Below are positions 19,101 to 29,603 of a stretch of 64,000 nt of DNA, piece by piece. Source of the stretch: Trypanosoma brucei (lineage: Eukaryota); contig CP000067.1 of the NCBI GenBank assembly GCA_000002445.1, positions 1,152,001 through 1,216,000 of the forward strand. Reading direction: 5' to 3'. A program made the translations under genes and the position numbers. The notes beneath the pieces were generated by a model, which was not told the origin of the DNA, did not search any database, and saw nothing but the letters and a program-made list of their open reading frames with translations. Every line of letters starts with the position of its first letter. Within the stretch, counting starts at the first letter, position 1.

Positions 19101-19908
19101 GTATGAGCAAATATCCACCTTTTGTCCTTTCATCTTCTAATGATTTCATTAGGAATTTCTTCGTATCATTGATTGGAGAGCCAAATACAATCACACCCTG
19201 AGGTCGAGTATTTGCAAACTTATTCCACTCCGCACTGAAGCTACTGTCATCCGATTCCTTACCAATTTGACTCTTCAATGCAAAAACACCGCACAGTTTG
19301 CGATCCATCCGTGTTGTCAATTCCACAGCAAGCTCATATTCATCATCACCATAAGAAACATCTTTCAAGTACATGAAACCCAGCCGATGTAACCGTAACT
19401 GAGTGATAGCATAACGGAGAAGAGCAAGCATCTCAGCAGCGGGTGATGCTGTCAGGAAGTACAGATTAGGATTCCAACTGCGTACCTTACTGGATCCTGT
19501 GAGGGGTGAGAAACTAATCACATTCTTTTCTTTGAAATATTTCAAGAGACCTAGAGTGTTTTTATCACCCACAGGTCCCAGTATAACAGGGAGTTCCTTA
19601 CCATCATGGGTTGTCATGTGTTTCCCGAGATAGTCAGCATATTTAGAATCATCCATGGGGGGAACATATACCACTTCCACATTAGCACCCGACGGCGTGT
19701 TTCCGTTGGTAATGGATGCGTTGAAGCCTGCAGTAATAGGATCATATATCTTTGCTGAAATCTTGTTACTGTATAACATGTTGTATACCTTCACCTGTAT
19801 TTTATCATTTGCAAGTGATGATGCAGTCAGCACCTGTAGTAACAGAGAAAACACTAGGTAAGTGAATGCACCATCTCTAACATACAATTCACGCATGAAG
19901 GTAACCAT
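16174..19908 (-). CDS. GRESAG4: receptor-type adenylate cyclase, ESAG4/GRESAG4 family, array copy 1 (last copy in transcription order), 1244 aa
   Basis: Architecture is N-terminal signal peptide (MVTFMRELYVRDGAFTYLVFSLLLQVLTASSLA), an extracellular domain of about 840 aa, a single TM helix (HIAAIAVSCVVVLALFVTVLVLV, nt about 17340-17412) and a class III cyclase domain (nt about 16670-17270). The cyclase domain carries metal-binding motifs LIFTDIESST and KTVGDSFMIA plus GLRVRVGIHTG...GYDYYGRTSNMAARTES. These are hallmarks of trypanosome receptor adenylate cyclases. Confidence 0.95.
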   Translation of the reverse strand: MVTFMRELYVRDGAFTYLVFSLLLQVLTASSLANDKIQVKVYNMLYSNKISAKIYDPITAGFNASITNGNTPSGANVEVVYVPPMDDSKYADYLGKHMTTHDGKELPVILGPVGDKNTLGLLKYFKEKNVISFSPLTGSSKVRSWNPNLYFLTASPAAEMLALLRYAITQLRLHRLGFMYLKDVSYGDDEYELAVELTTRMDRKLCGVFALKSQIGKESDDSSFSAEWNKFANTRPQGVIVFGSPINDTKKFLMKSLEDERTKGGYLLIPSTLQYVIENKWEKELGRDRFVPDKIIITGTNPLAKDDGYDAIKRFKGDMAKYLKEKKDILSGTGQWNVNLNVDESNFTEQDTEAELMVDGWIAGEVLKQALSCREWLTSRDAFITSLYNQRRYVIDDIVVGDFGGECRGMAGERGASCLCNQGGNVVYMKKMGKDLRLYPMKEGVLALTSSRCYRDLSQLYAPLSGIMFKLTDDPKALRTAEAIYDGAFYVVGKGQLGHSDRFFLHWLSSKSHDTSTALYDEVEKRVVTAVFGVVDDSLLSTKGMAFIDPITLTPQLSNPRRNVIHLSPTLEQQLFVIVEHIIQNGAGKMHAIVRSGDTRGVRKVLQKTLDFFESSLSSFVASGEGSTLRDKLPTAGEVLVAGLISDDIPIILSHLGKHHNVRIFVPFFDVALLYDELVSAFRDKPFADRLLFATNLPHWGDKNTKSDMVREFHRVVRDESKWKPLSLLGYVTARAMINILQRMGHVTPEELVDAIFSQSVITVDDMRYGPFDDKCTNGASFEEKHCAVNYGATHISVWSMSRVLNPSVSPVVTHVTPSMKYGDTEGFRLKRGHIAAIAVSCVVVLALFVTVLVLVSASRRNARDNNNAPKEPTDPVTLIFTDIESSTAQWAAHPEQMPDLVATHHRLIRSLITRYECYEVKTVGDSFMIACKSPFAAAQLACDLQRDFLNHDWKTTELDESYREFERKRAEDDSDYTPPTASLDPEVYRQLWNGLRVRVGIHTGLCDIRHDEVTKGYDYYGRTSNMAARTESVGNGGQVLMTRSTYLSLSGEEREQLNVTPLGDVPLRGVPKPVEMYQLNAVPGRTFAALRLDREFEEEEDNVTGSITSGSGSPERGLTATAQQVAGCIDALLGTFPATQRQKMLATFCERWRVKKPPGMDAWNEASCRCVTRRIAAKVGCVMDFGTRNTSGSVPSFERGGSFFSLGGVAAAIMLSSSSNSFCGEGDCSGVQLIDLDNVSAAS
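16670..17270 (-). other. class III nucleotidyl cyclase catalytic domain of copy 1 (approximate bounds)
   Basis: Conserved motifs run from PVTLIFTDIESSTAQWAAHPE through KTVGDSFMIACKSP to GLRVRVGIHTGLCDIRHDEVTKGYDYYGRTSNMAARTESVGNGGQVLMT. Confidence 0.8.
17340..17412 (-). other. single transmembrane helix of cyclase copy 1 (HIAAIAVSCVVVLALFVTVLVLV); equivalent segment in every copy
   Basis: The reverse complement of aaccgtaacaaacagtgccaatacaacaacgcagctgactgcaatagcagcaatgtg translates to HIAAIAVSCVVVLALFVTV. The helix is flanked by basic residues (SRRNARDNNN) on the cytosolic side. Confidence 0.8.
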
Positions 19909-19924
19909 GATACTGGTAACTCAA

Positions 19925-19995
19925 CGTAATCCAACGTGAAAACTACAAGACAAAAAGGGAATAATAACAAAGTATTGGTACAGGATTAAGAGACT
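19925..19995 (-). promoter_or_regulatory. pyrimidine tract upstream of cyclase copy 1, repeated in every unit (about 24770-24840, 29620-29690, 34485-34555, 39335-39405, 43760-43830); candidate splice-acceptor region
   Basis: The plus strand reads aaaactacaagacaaaaagggaataataacaaagtattgg, so the minus strand reads ccaatactttgttattattccctttttgtcttgtagtttt 20-90 nt upstream of each ATG. Confidence 0.45.
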
Positions 19996-21024
19996 GCATA
20001 TGTACAGATATGTTGGATTGTGACACAATAAGAGTCCATATGATAATTGTATATAAGAGTGTAGGAAAGGGAACTATTATGATGGATAGCGTTATATAAA
20101 CCATAACAGTGAGAAAGTAATTCAACATACATTCCCCTATACACACATCATTCATGTATCCGATACAAAAACGTAAAACATCACTAGGCACAAGAGTAAA
20201 TGTGTAAATAGAGCATTATAATATCATAGACTGGATGCCAGTAACAAAAACAAAGCACACTAGCAGTCACAGTTAACATTCAACTGGCAACAGCATGGCA
20301 GACATTGTTCAGTTTCATATTCCTTGGTTGTCTAAAGGTAAAATAGAAAGAATGGGTCTGAGGGAATATGAGGAAAGTTACAATAAGCATATGAAAACAT
20401 GCAGGAAGCTATGCACAGGTATTAGATGTTGCAAATAGTTGTCGGCAGCAGTTTCATTTGAGAGATACCTCTCACAAGCCAAAATCTCCAAAGGAGAAAT
20501 GTAAAAAGGGATTGAAGCAAACACGGAAAATAAACACCAGATGATAGTTTTACTTCATGGCAACCCCCACTTCACGGGTTTCACCTTCTTATCGTACACA
20601 TCTTTAGGTGTATGAACACAACTGATAACAACACATTAGAGGTAGAACCTCACTTGACCACAGCACACACAAACGGCAATTTAAGCTTATTTAACTAATA
20701 AATGTATTATTTAAAAGAGTGAGATAATCAAAAGTGGTATGGGTGCTCACATCCAATTCCACACCAAAAACAAGAAGATTTGCGATCTTCAAACACAGCT
20801 ATCAAAAGGAGAGTACCCATGTCAGAAATAGAAAGCGTCTTTATCACAAAGATATTTAAATCACCCACCATATGAGGAGATTCTTGTATTTACAAAAGTA
20901 AAAAAAAAATTAATGGCCACTTTATACAAAATAAATCTAAAGAAAAGATTGCACACATGATGTAAAACAACTTATTCATTCACTTCAATAGCAAAGCGCA
21001 CATACAGCAATGTTACGGGGAATA

Positions 21025-24000
21025 TTAGCTGGCAGCGCTAACATTATGAGGGTCAATCAATTGCACGGTACCGCGCCGTACCTCAACGCAGAAGGAACTT
21101 GAGGATGAAGCAAGCATTATAGCAGCTGCTCCTCCAGGTGAGAAGAGACTTCCGCCCCTTTCAAAAGAAGCCACACTACCAGAGGTATTTCTCGTTCCAA
21201 AATCCATAACACAACCCACCTTCGCAGCAATCCGACGAGTGACACAGCGGCAACTGGCTTCATTCCAAGCATCCATACCTGGGGGTTTCTTAACACGCCA
21301 ACGCTCACAAAAAGTTGCAAGCATCTTCTGTCGCTGGGTAGCAGGGAATGTGCCAAGCAGAGCATCAATACAACCAGCAACTTGTTGGGCAGTGGCATTT
21401 AAACCATGTGCAAGAGAGCTCGACTCACTGGTGATACTACCAGTTCCAATATCTTCTTCCTCCTCAAATTCACGGTCAAGGCGCAGAGCAGCAAAGGTAC
21501 GGCCAGGTACAGCATTCAACTGGTACATTTCCACAGGCTTCGGCACACCACGTAGCGGCACATCACCCAAAGGCGTTACATTAAGTTGCTCACGCTCTTC
21601 ACCACTCAGTGACAGGTATGTTGAGCGCGTCATCAGCACCTGACCACCGTTACCAACACTCTCCGTGCGTGCTGCCATGTTGGATGTGCGTCCATAATAG
21701 TCGTAACCTTTCGTTACTTCATCATGACGAATATCACACAATCCAGTATGAATCCCCACACGTACACGCAACCCATTCCACAGTTGCCGATAAACCTCAG
21801 GGTCCAGGCTCGCAGTTGGTGGTGTGTAATCACTGTCATCTTCCGCACGCTTTCGTTCGAATTCACGGTAAGACTCATCAAGCTCAGTGGTCTTCCAGTC
21901 ATGGTTTAGAAAATCACGTTGCAAGTCACATGCGAGTTGTGCAGCAGCGAAGGGACTTTTACACGCAATCATAAAAGAGTCTCCAACAGTTTTCACTTCG
22001 TAGCACTCATACCGTGTGATGAGGGAGCGGATCAAACGGTGATGTGTTGCCACAAGGTCAGGCATTTGCTCAGGGTGTGCTGCCCACTGCGCTGTACTGC
22101 TCTCGATGTCAGTGAATATTAATGTTACGGGGTCTGTTGGTTCCTTGGGAGCATTATTATTGTCACGGGCGTTCCGGCGTGATGCCGATACAAGTACCAG
22201 AACCGTAACAAACAGTGCCAATACAACAACGCAGCTGACTGCAATAGCAGCAATGTGTCCTCTCTTAAGTCGAAACCCTTCTGTGTCACCGTATTTCATC
22301 GAGGGTGTGACGTGAGTCACCACAGGAGACACGGAAGGATTCAGAACACGTGACATCGACCATACAGAAATATGCGTCGCACCATAGTTCACAGCACAGT
22401 GTTTCTCTTCAAATGAAGCCCCGTTAGTACACTTGTCATCAAAAGGACCATATCGCATATCATCAACTGTAATGACAGATTGGCTGAAGATGGCGTCTAC
22501 AAGTTCCTCCGGCGTTACATGTCCCATACGTTGCAGGATATTTATCATTGCACGTGCGGTGACATATCCAAGTAATGACAATGGCTTCCACTTCGACTCA
22601 TCTCGTACAACTCTGTGGAACTCACGTACCAAATCGGATTTTGTGTTCTTATCTCCCCAATGTGGCAGATTCGTTGCGAATAGCAGACGGTCAGCAAATG
22701 GCTTGTTACGGAAGGCACTCACAAGTTCATCATAGAGTAACGCAACATCAAAGAACGGGACAAAGATACGCACATTATGGTGTTTGCCAAGGTGAGAGAG
22801 GATTATGGGGATATCATCTGAGATGAGACCTGCAACCAACACCTCACCTGCAGTCGGTAGCTTGTCTCTCAAAGTAGAACCTTCACCACTCGCAACAAAG
22901 GAGCTTAATGACGCGTTAAAATATTTAAGAGTCTTCTGCAACACTTTCCTAACTCCTCTCGTATCACCACTACGCACAATGGCATGCATCTTTCCTGCAC
23001 CATTTTGTATGATATGCTCAACTATCACGAATAGTTGTTGCTCAAGTGTTGGTGACAGGTGGATCACATTCCTTCTGGGGTTACTCAGTTGTGGTGTGAG
23101 TGTTATAGGATCGATGAATGCCATACCCTTCGTGGACAGTAACGAATCATCCACAACACCAAACACAGCAGTTACAACTCGCTTCTCCACTTCATCATAC
23201 AGAGCTGTAGAAGTGTCATGAGATTTCGAGGATAGCCAGTGTAAAAAGAATCTATCAGAGTGACCAAGTTGACCCTTTCCAACAACATAAAAGGCACCAT
23301 CGTATATTGCCTCTGCAGTACGCAGTGCCTTTGGGTCATCAGTTAGTTTAAACATGATGCCACTCAATGGGGCGTACAGCTGTGACAGGTCTCTATAGCA
23401 GCGAGATGAAGTAAGAGCTAATACACCTTCCTTCATAGGGTACAGACGGAGATCCTTTCCCATCTTCTTATGTACACCACATTCCCACCCTGATTACATA
23501 AACATGATGCACCCCGCTCACCCGCCATACCACGGCACTCACCACCAAAGTCACCAACAACAATATCATCAATTACATAACGACGTTGATTGTAAAGTGA
23601 TGTAATAAATGCATCCCTGCTAGTTAGCCATTCGCGACAACTCAGTGCTTGTTTCAATACCTCTCCAGCAATCCATCCACTCACCATCAGCTCACCTTCA
23701 GTGTCTTGCTCGGTGAAGTTGCTTTCGTCAACATTTAAGTTAACATTCCAATTATCTTTCGAAAAATTATTTCCGTGTACCCTTAGGAACTTTGCCATAT
23801 CATCCCTAAAACGTTTGATTGCATCATAACCATCATCCTTCGCAAGTGGATTAGTCCCAGTTATTATTATCTTATCAGGCACAAACCTGTCTCTACCCAA
23901 TTCCTTTGCCCACTTATTCTTGATGACATATTGGAGTGTAGAGGGTATGAGCAAATATCCACCTTTTGTCCTGCGGTCATCTAATGATTTCATTAGAAAT

Positions 24001-24752
24001 CTTTTCGTATCAGGGATTGGAGAGCCAAATACAATCACACCCTGAGGTCGAGTATTTGCAAACTTATTCCACTCTGCACTGAAGCTACTGTCATCCGATT
24101 CCTTACCAATTTGACTCTTCAATGCAAAAACACCGCACAGTTTGCGATCCATCCGTGTTGTCAATTCCACAGCAAGCTCATATTCATCATCACCATAAGA
24201 AACATCTTTCAAGTACATGAAACCCAGCCGATGTAACCGTAACTGAGTGATAGCATAACGGAGAAGAGCAAGCATCTCAGCAGCGGGTGATGCTGTCAGG
24301 AAGTACAGATTAGGATTCCAACTGCGTACCTTACTGGATCCTGTGAAGGGTGAGAAACTAATCACATTCTTTTCTTTGAAATATTTCAAGAGACCTAGAG
24401 TGTTTTTATCACCCACAGGTCCCAGTATAACAGGGAGTTCCTTACCATCATGGGTTGTCATGTGTTTCCCGATATAGTCAGCATATTTAGAATCATCCAT
24501 GGGCGGAACATATACCACTTCCACATTAGCACCTGACGGCGGGTTTCCGTTGGTAATGGATGCGTTGAAGCCTGCAATAATAGGATCATATATCTTTGCT
24601 GAAATCTTGTTACTGTATAACATGTTGTATACCTTCACCTGTATTTTATCATTTGCAAGTGATGATGCAGTCAGCACCTGTAGTAACAGAGAAAACACTA
24701 GGTAAGTGAATGCGCCATCTCTAACATACAATTCACGCATGAAGGTAACCAT
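21025..24752 (-). pseudogene. GRESAG4: receptor-type adenylate cyclase GRESAG4-like, array copy 2, interrupted by a 1-bp frameshift (N-terminal 439-aa ORF 23433-24752 and C-terminal 812-aa ORF 21025-23463)
   Basis: At 23463-23470 the plus strand reads cttcttatgtac where all other copies read cttcttcatgtac, so one C is missing. Upstream of this point the protein ends ...GGNVVYIRRWERISVCTL*. The remaining 812 codons (MGKDLRLYPM...) are intact but in the -1 frame. Everything else is co-linear with the other copies. It is either a genuine pseudogene or an assembly or sequencing error in a collapsed repeat. Confidence 0.8.
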
Positions 24753-25871
24753 GATACTGGTAACTCAACGTAATCCAACGTGAAAACTACAAGACAAAAA
24801 GGGAATAATAACAAAGTATTGGTACAGGATTAAGAGACTGCATATGTACAGATATGTTGGATTGTGACACAATAAGAGTCCATATGATAATTGTATATAA
24901 GAGTGTAGGAAAGGGAACTATTATAATGGATAGCGTTATATAAACCATAACAGTGAGAAAGTAATTCAACATACATTTCCCTATACACACATCATTCATG
25001 TATCCGATACAAAAACAGAAAACATCACTAGGCACAAGAGTAAATGTGTAAATAGAGCATTATAATATCATAGACTGGATGCCAGTAACAAAAACAAAGC
25101 ACACTAGCAGTCACAGTTAACATTCAACTGGCAACAGCATGGCAGACATTGTTCAGTTTCATATTCCTTGGTTGTCTAAAGGTAAAATAGAAAGAATGGG
25201 TCTGAGGGAATATGAGGAAAGTTACAATAAGCATATGAAAACATGCAGGAAGCTATGCACAGGTATTAGATGTTGTAAATAGTTGTCGGCAGCAGTTTCA
25301 TTTGAGAAGTACCTCTCACAAGCCAAAATCTCCAAAGGAGAAATGTAAAAAGGGATTGAAGCAAACACGGAAAATAAACACCAGATGATAGTTTTACTTC
25401 ATGGCAACCCCCACTTCACGGGTTTCACCTTCTTATCGTACACATCTTTAGGTGTATGAACACAACTGATAACAACACATTAGAGGTAGAGAACCTCACT
25501 TGACCACAGCACACACAAACGGCAATTTAAGCTTATTGAACTAATAAATATATTATTTAAAAGAGTGAGATAATCAAAAGTGGTGTAGGTGCTCACATCC
25601 AATTCCACACCAAAAACAAGAAGATTTGCGATCTTCAAACACAGCTATCAAAAGGAGAGTACCCATGTCAGAAATGGAAAGCGTCTTTATCTACAGAGAT
25701 ATTTTAAGCACCCACCATATGAGGAGATTCTTGTATTTACAAAAGTAAAAAAAAAATTAATGGCCACTTTATACAAAATAAATCTAAAGAAAAGATTGCA
25801 CACATGATGTAAAACAACTTATTCATTCACTTCAATAGCAAAGCGCACATACAGCAATGTTACGGGGAATA

Positions 25872-28800
25872 TTAGCTGGCAGCGCTAACATTTTCCTGTT
25901 CAATCAATTGCACGGTACCACAGCGTCCCTCAACGCAGGAGGAACTTGAGGATGAAGAAAGCGTTACGGCAGCTGCTCCTCGGGGAGAGAAGAGACTTCC
26001 GCCCCTTTCAAAAGATCCACCGCTACCAGAGGTATTTCTCGTTCCAAAATCCATAACACAACCCACCTTCGCAGCAATCCGACGAGTGACACAGCGGCAA
26101 CTGGCTTCATTCCAAGCATCCATACCTGGGGGTTTCTTAACACGCCAACGCTCACAAAAAGTTGCAAGCATCTTCTGTCGCTGGGTAGCAGGGAATGTGC
26201 CAAGCAGAGCATCAATACAACCAGCAACTTGTTGGGCAGTGGCATTTAAACCATGTGCGAAAGATCCCGACTCACTGGTGATACTACCAGTTACATTATC
26301 TTCTTCCTCCTCAGCTTCACGGTCAAGGCGCAGAGCAGCAAAGGTACGGCCAGGTACAGCATTCAACTGGTACATTTCCACAGGCTTCGGCACACCACGT
26401 AGCGGCACATCACCCAAAGGCGTTACATTAAGTTGCTCACGCTCTTCACCACTCAGTGACAGGTATGTTGAGCGCGTCATCAGCACCTGACCACCGTTAC
26501 CAACACTCTCCGTGCGTGCTGCCATGTTGGATGTGCGTCCATAATAGTCGTAACCTTTCGTTACTTCATCATGACGAATATCACACAATCCAGTATGAAT
26601 CCCCACACGTACACGCAACCCATTCCACAGTTGCCGATAAACCTCAGGGTCCAGGCTCGCAGTTGGTGGTGTGTAATCACTGTCATCTTCCGCACGCTTT
26701 CGTTCGAATTCACGGTAAGACTCATCAAGCTCAGTGGTCTTCCAGTCATGGTTTAGAAAATCACGTTGCAAGTCACATGCGAGTTGTGCAGCAGCGAAGG
26801 GACTTTTACACGCAATCATAAAAGAGTCTCCAACAGTTTTCACTTCGTAGCACTCATACCGTGTGATGAGGGAGCGGATCAAACGGTGATGTGTTGCCAC
26901 AAGGTCAGGCATTTGCTCAGGGTGTGCTGCCCACTGCGCTGTACTGCTCTCGATATCAGTGAATATTAATGTTACGGGGTCTGTTGGTTCCTTGGGAGCA
27001 TTATTATTGTCACGGGCGTTCCGGCGTGATGATCTTATGACAAGTACCAGAACCGTAACAAACAGTGCCAATACAACAACGCAGCTGACTGCAATAGCAG
27101 CAATGTGTCCTCTCTTAAGTCGAAACCCTTCTGTGTCACCGTATTTCATCGAGGGTGTGACGTGAGTCACCACAGGAGACACGGAAGGATTCAGGACACG
27201 TGACATCGACCATACAGAAATATGCGTCGCACCATAGTTCACAGCACACTGCTTCTTACCGAACAAACTTTTTTTAGTACACTTGTCATCAAAAGGACCA
27301 TATCGCATATCATCAACTGTAATGACAGATTGGCTGAAGATGGCGTCTACAAGCTCCTCCGGTGTTACATGTCCCATACGTTGCAGGACATTTATCATTG
27401 CACGTGCGGCGACATATCCAAGTAATGACAATGGCTTCCACTTCGACTCATCTCGTACAACTCTGTGGAACTCACGTACCATATCGGATTTTGTGTTCTT
27501 ATCTCCCCAATGTGGCAGATTCGTTGCGAATAGCAGACGGTCAGCAAATGGCTTGTCACGGAAGGCACTCACAAGTTCATCATAGAGTAACGCAACATCA
27601 AAGAACGGGACGAAGATACGCACATTATGGTGTTTGCCAAGGTGAGAGAGGATTATGGGGATATCATCTGAGATGAGACCTGCAACTAATACCTCACCTG
27701 CAGTCGGTAGCTTGTCTCTCAAAGTAGAACCTTCACCACTCGCAACAAAGGAGCTTAATGACGCGTTAAAATATTTAAGAGTCTTCTGCAACACTTTCCT
27801 AACTCCTCTCGTATCACCACTACGCACAATGGCATGCATCTTTCCTGCACCATTTTGTATGATATGCTCAACTATCACGAATAGTTGTTGCTCAAGTGTT
27901 GGTGACAGGTGGATCACATTCCTTCTGGGGTTACTCAGTTGTGGTGTGAGTGTTATAGGATCGATGAATGCCATACCCTTCGTCGACAGTAACGAATCAT
28001 CCACAACACCAAACACAGCAGTTACAACTCGCTTCTCCACTTCATCATACAGAGCTGTAGAAGTGTCATGAGATTTCGAGGATAGCCAGTGTAAAAAGAA
28101 TCTATCAGAGTGACCAAGTTGACCCTTTCCAACAACATAAAAGGCACCATCGTATATTGCCTCTGCAGTACGCAGTGCCTTTGGGTCATCAGTTAGTTTA
28201 AACATGATGCCACTCAATGGGGCGTACAGCTGTGACAGGTCTCGATAGCAGCGAGATGAAGTAAGAGCTAATACACCTTCCTTCATAGGGTACAGACGGA
28301 GATCCTTTCCCATCTTCTTCATGTACACCACATTCCCACCCTGATTACATAAACATGATGCACCCCGCTCACCCGCCATACCACGGCACTCACCACCAAA
28401 GTCACCAACAACAATATCATCAATTACATAACGACGTTGATTGTAAAGTGATGTAATAAATGCATCCCTGCTAGTTAGCCATTCGCGACAACTCAGTGCT
28501 TGTTTCAATACCTCTCCAGCAATCCATCCGTCAACCATCAGCTCAGCTTCAGTGTCTTGCTCGGTGAAGTTGCTTTCGTCAACATTTAAGTTAACATTCC
28601 AATTATCTTTCGAAAAATTATTTCTGTTAAGTTTCAGGTACTTTGCCATATCATCCTTGAATCGTTTGATTGCATCATAGCCATCATCCTTCGCAAGTGG
28701 ATTAGTCCCAGTTATTATTATCTTATCAGGCACAAACCTGTCTCTACCCAATTCCTTTGCCCACTTGTTCTTGATGACATATTGGAGTGTAGAGGGTATG

Positions 28801-29603
28801 AGCAAATATCCACCTTTTGTCCTTTCATCTTCTAATGATTTCATTAGGAATTTCTTCGTATCAGGGATTGGAGAGCCAAATACAATCACACCCTGAGGTC
28901 GAGCATTTGCAAACTTATTCCACTCCGCACTGAAGCTACTGTCATCCGATTCCTTACCAATTTGACTCTTCAATGCAAAAACACCGCACAGTTTGCGATC
29001 CATCCGTGTTGTCAATTCCACAGCAAGCTTATATTCATCATCACCATAAGAAACATCTTTCAAGTACATGAAACCCAGCCGATGTAACCGTAACTGAGTG
29101 ATAGCATAACGGAGAAGAGCAAGCATCTCAGCAGCGGGTGATGCTGTCAGGAAGTACAGATTAGGATTCCAACTGCGTACCTTACTGGATCCTGTGAAGG
29201 GTGAGAAACTAGTCACATTCTTTTCTTTGAAATATTTCAAGAGACCTAGAGTGTTTTTATCACCCACAGGTCCCAGTATAACAGGGAGTTCCTTACCATC
29301 ATTGGTTGTCATGTGTTTCCCGAGATAGTCAGCATATTTAGAATCATCCATGGGCGGAACATATACCACTTCCACATTAGCACCTGACGGCGGGTTTCCG
29401 TTGGTAATGGATGCGTTGAAGCCTGCAATAATAGGATCATATATCTTTGCTGAAATCTTGTTACTGTATAACATGTTGTATACCTTCACCTGTATTTTAT
29501 CATTTGCAAGTGATGATGCAGTCAGCACCTGTAGTAACAGAGAAAACACTAGGTAAGTGACTGCGCCATCTCTAACATACAATTCACGCATGAAGGTAAC
29601 CAT
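25872..29603 (-). CDS. GRESAG4: receptor-type adenylate cyclase GRESAG4-like, array copy 3, 1243 aa
   Basis: Full-length and co-linear with copy 1. It has the same signal peptide, TM helix and cyclase motifs. It differs in patches, for example KYLKLNRNNFSKDNW, KCTKKSLFGKKQC and LDREAEEEEDN. Confidence 0.95.
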   Translation of the reverse strand: MVTFMRELYVRDGAVTYLVFSLLLQVLTASSLANDKIQVKVYNMLYSNKISAKIYDPIIAGFNASITNGNPPSGANVEVVYVPPMDDSKYADYLGKHMTTNDGKELPVILGPVGDKNTLGLLKYFKEKNVTSFSPFTGSSKVRSWNPNLYFLTASPAAEMLALLRYAITQLRLHRLGFMYLKDVSYGDDEYKLAVELTTRMDRKLCGVFALKSQIGKESDDSSFSAEWNKFANARPQGVIVFGSPIPDTKKFLMKSLEDERTKGGYLLIPSTLQYVIKNKWAKELGRDRFVPDKIIITGTNPLAKDDGYDAIKRFKDDMAKYLKLNRNNFSKDNWNVNLNVDESNFTEQDTEAELMVDGWIAGEVLKQALSCREWLTSRDAFITSLYNQRRYVIDDIVVGDFGGECRGMAGERGASCLCNQGGNVVYMKKMGKDLRLYPMKEGVLALTSSRCYRDLSQLYAPLSGIMFKLTDDPKALRTAEAIYDGAFYVVGKGQLGHSDRFFLHWLSSKSHDTSTALYDEVEKRVVTAVFGVVDDSLLSTKGMAFIDPITLTPQLSNPRRNVIHLSPTLEQQLFVIVEHIIQNGAGKMHAIVRSGDTRGVRKVLQKTLKYFNASLSSFVASGEGSTLRDKLPTAGEVLVAGLISDDIPIILSHLGKHHNVRIFVPFFDVALLYDELVSAFRDKPFADRLLFATNLPHWGDKNTKSDMVREFHRVVRDESKWKPLSLLGYVAARAMINVLQRMGHVTPEELVDAIFSQSVITVDDMRYGPFDDKCTKKSLFGKKQCAVNYGATHISVWSMSRVLNPSVSPVVTHVTPSMKYGDTEGFRLKRGHIAAIAVSCVVVLALFVTVLVLVIRSSRRNARDNNNAPKEPTDPVTLIFTDIESSTAQWAAHPEQMPDLVATHHRLIRSLITRYECYEVKTVGDSFMIACKSPFAAAQLACDLQRDFLNHDWKTTELDESYREFERKRAEDDSDYTPPTASLDPEVYRQLWNGLRVRVGIHTGLCDIRHDEVTKGYDYYGRTSNMAARTESVGNGGQVLMTRSTYLSLSGEEREQLNVTPLGDVPLRGVPKPVEMYQLNAVPGRTFAALRLDREAEEEEDNVTGSITSESGSFAHGLNATAQQVAGCIDALLGTFPATQRQKMLATFCERWRVKKPPGMDAWNEASCRCVTRRIAAKVGCVMDFGTRNTSGSGGSFERGGSLFSPRGAAAVTLSSSSSSSCVEGRCGTVQLIEQENVSAAS

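Noticed and set aside
19943-20191. 82-aa minus-strand ORF (MPSDVL.FCIGYMNDVCIG...) and 72-75-aa plus-strand ORF (M.TSNSTPKTRRFAIFKH...) repeated in every inter-copy spacer
   Set aside because: They sit in AT-rich spacer sequence. The plus-strand ORF changes wherever the spacer cassette changes. The minus-strand ORF overlaps the pyrimidine tract and splice-acceptor region of the next cyclase gene. This fits chance ORFs carried along by the repeat, not genes.
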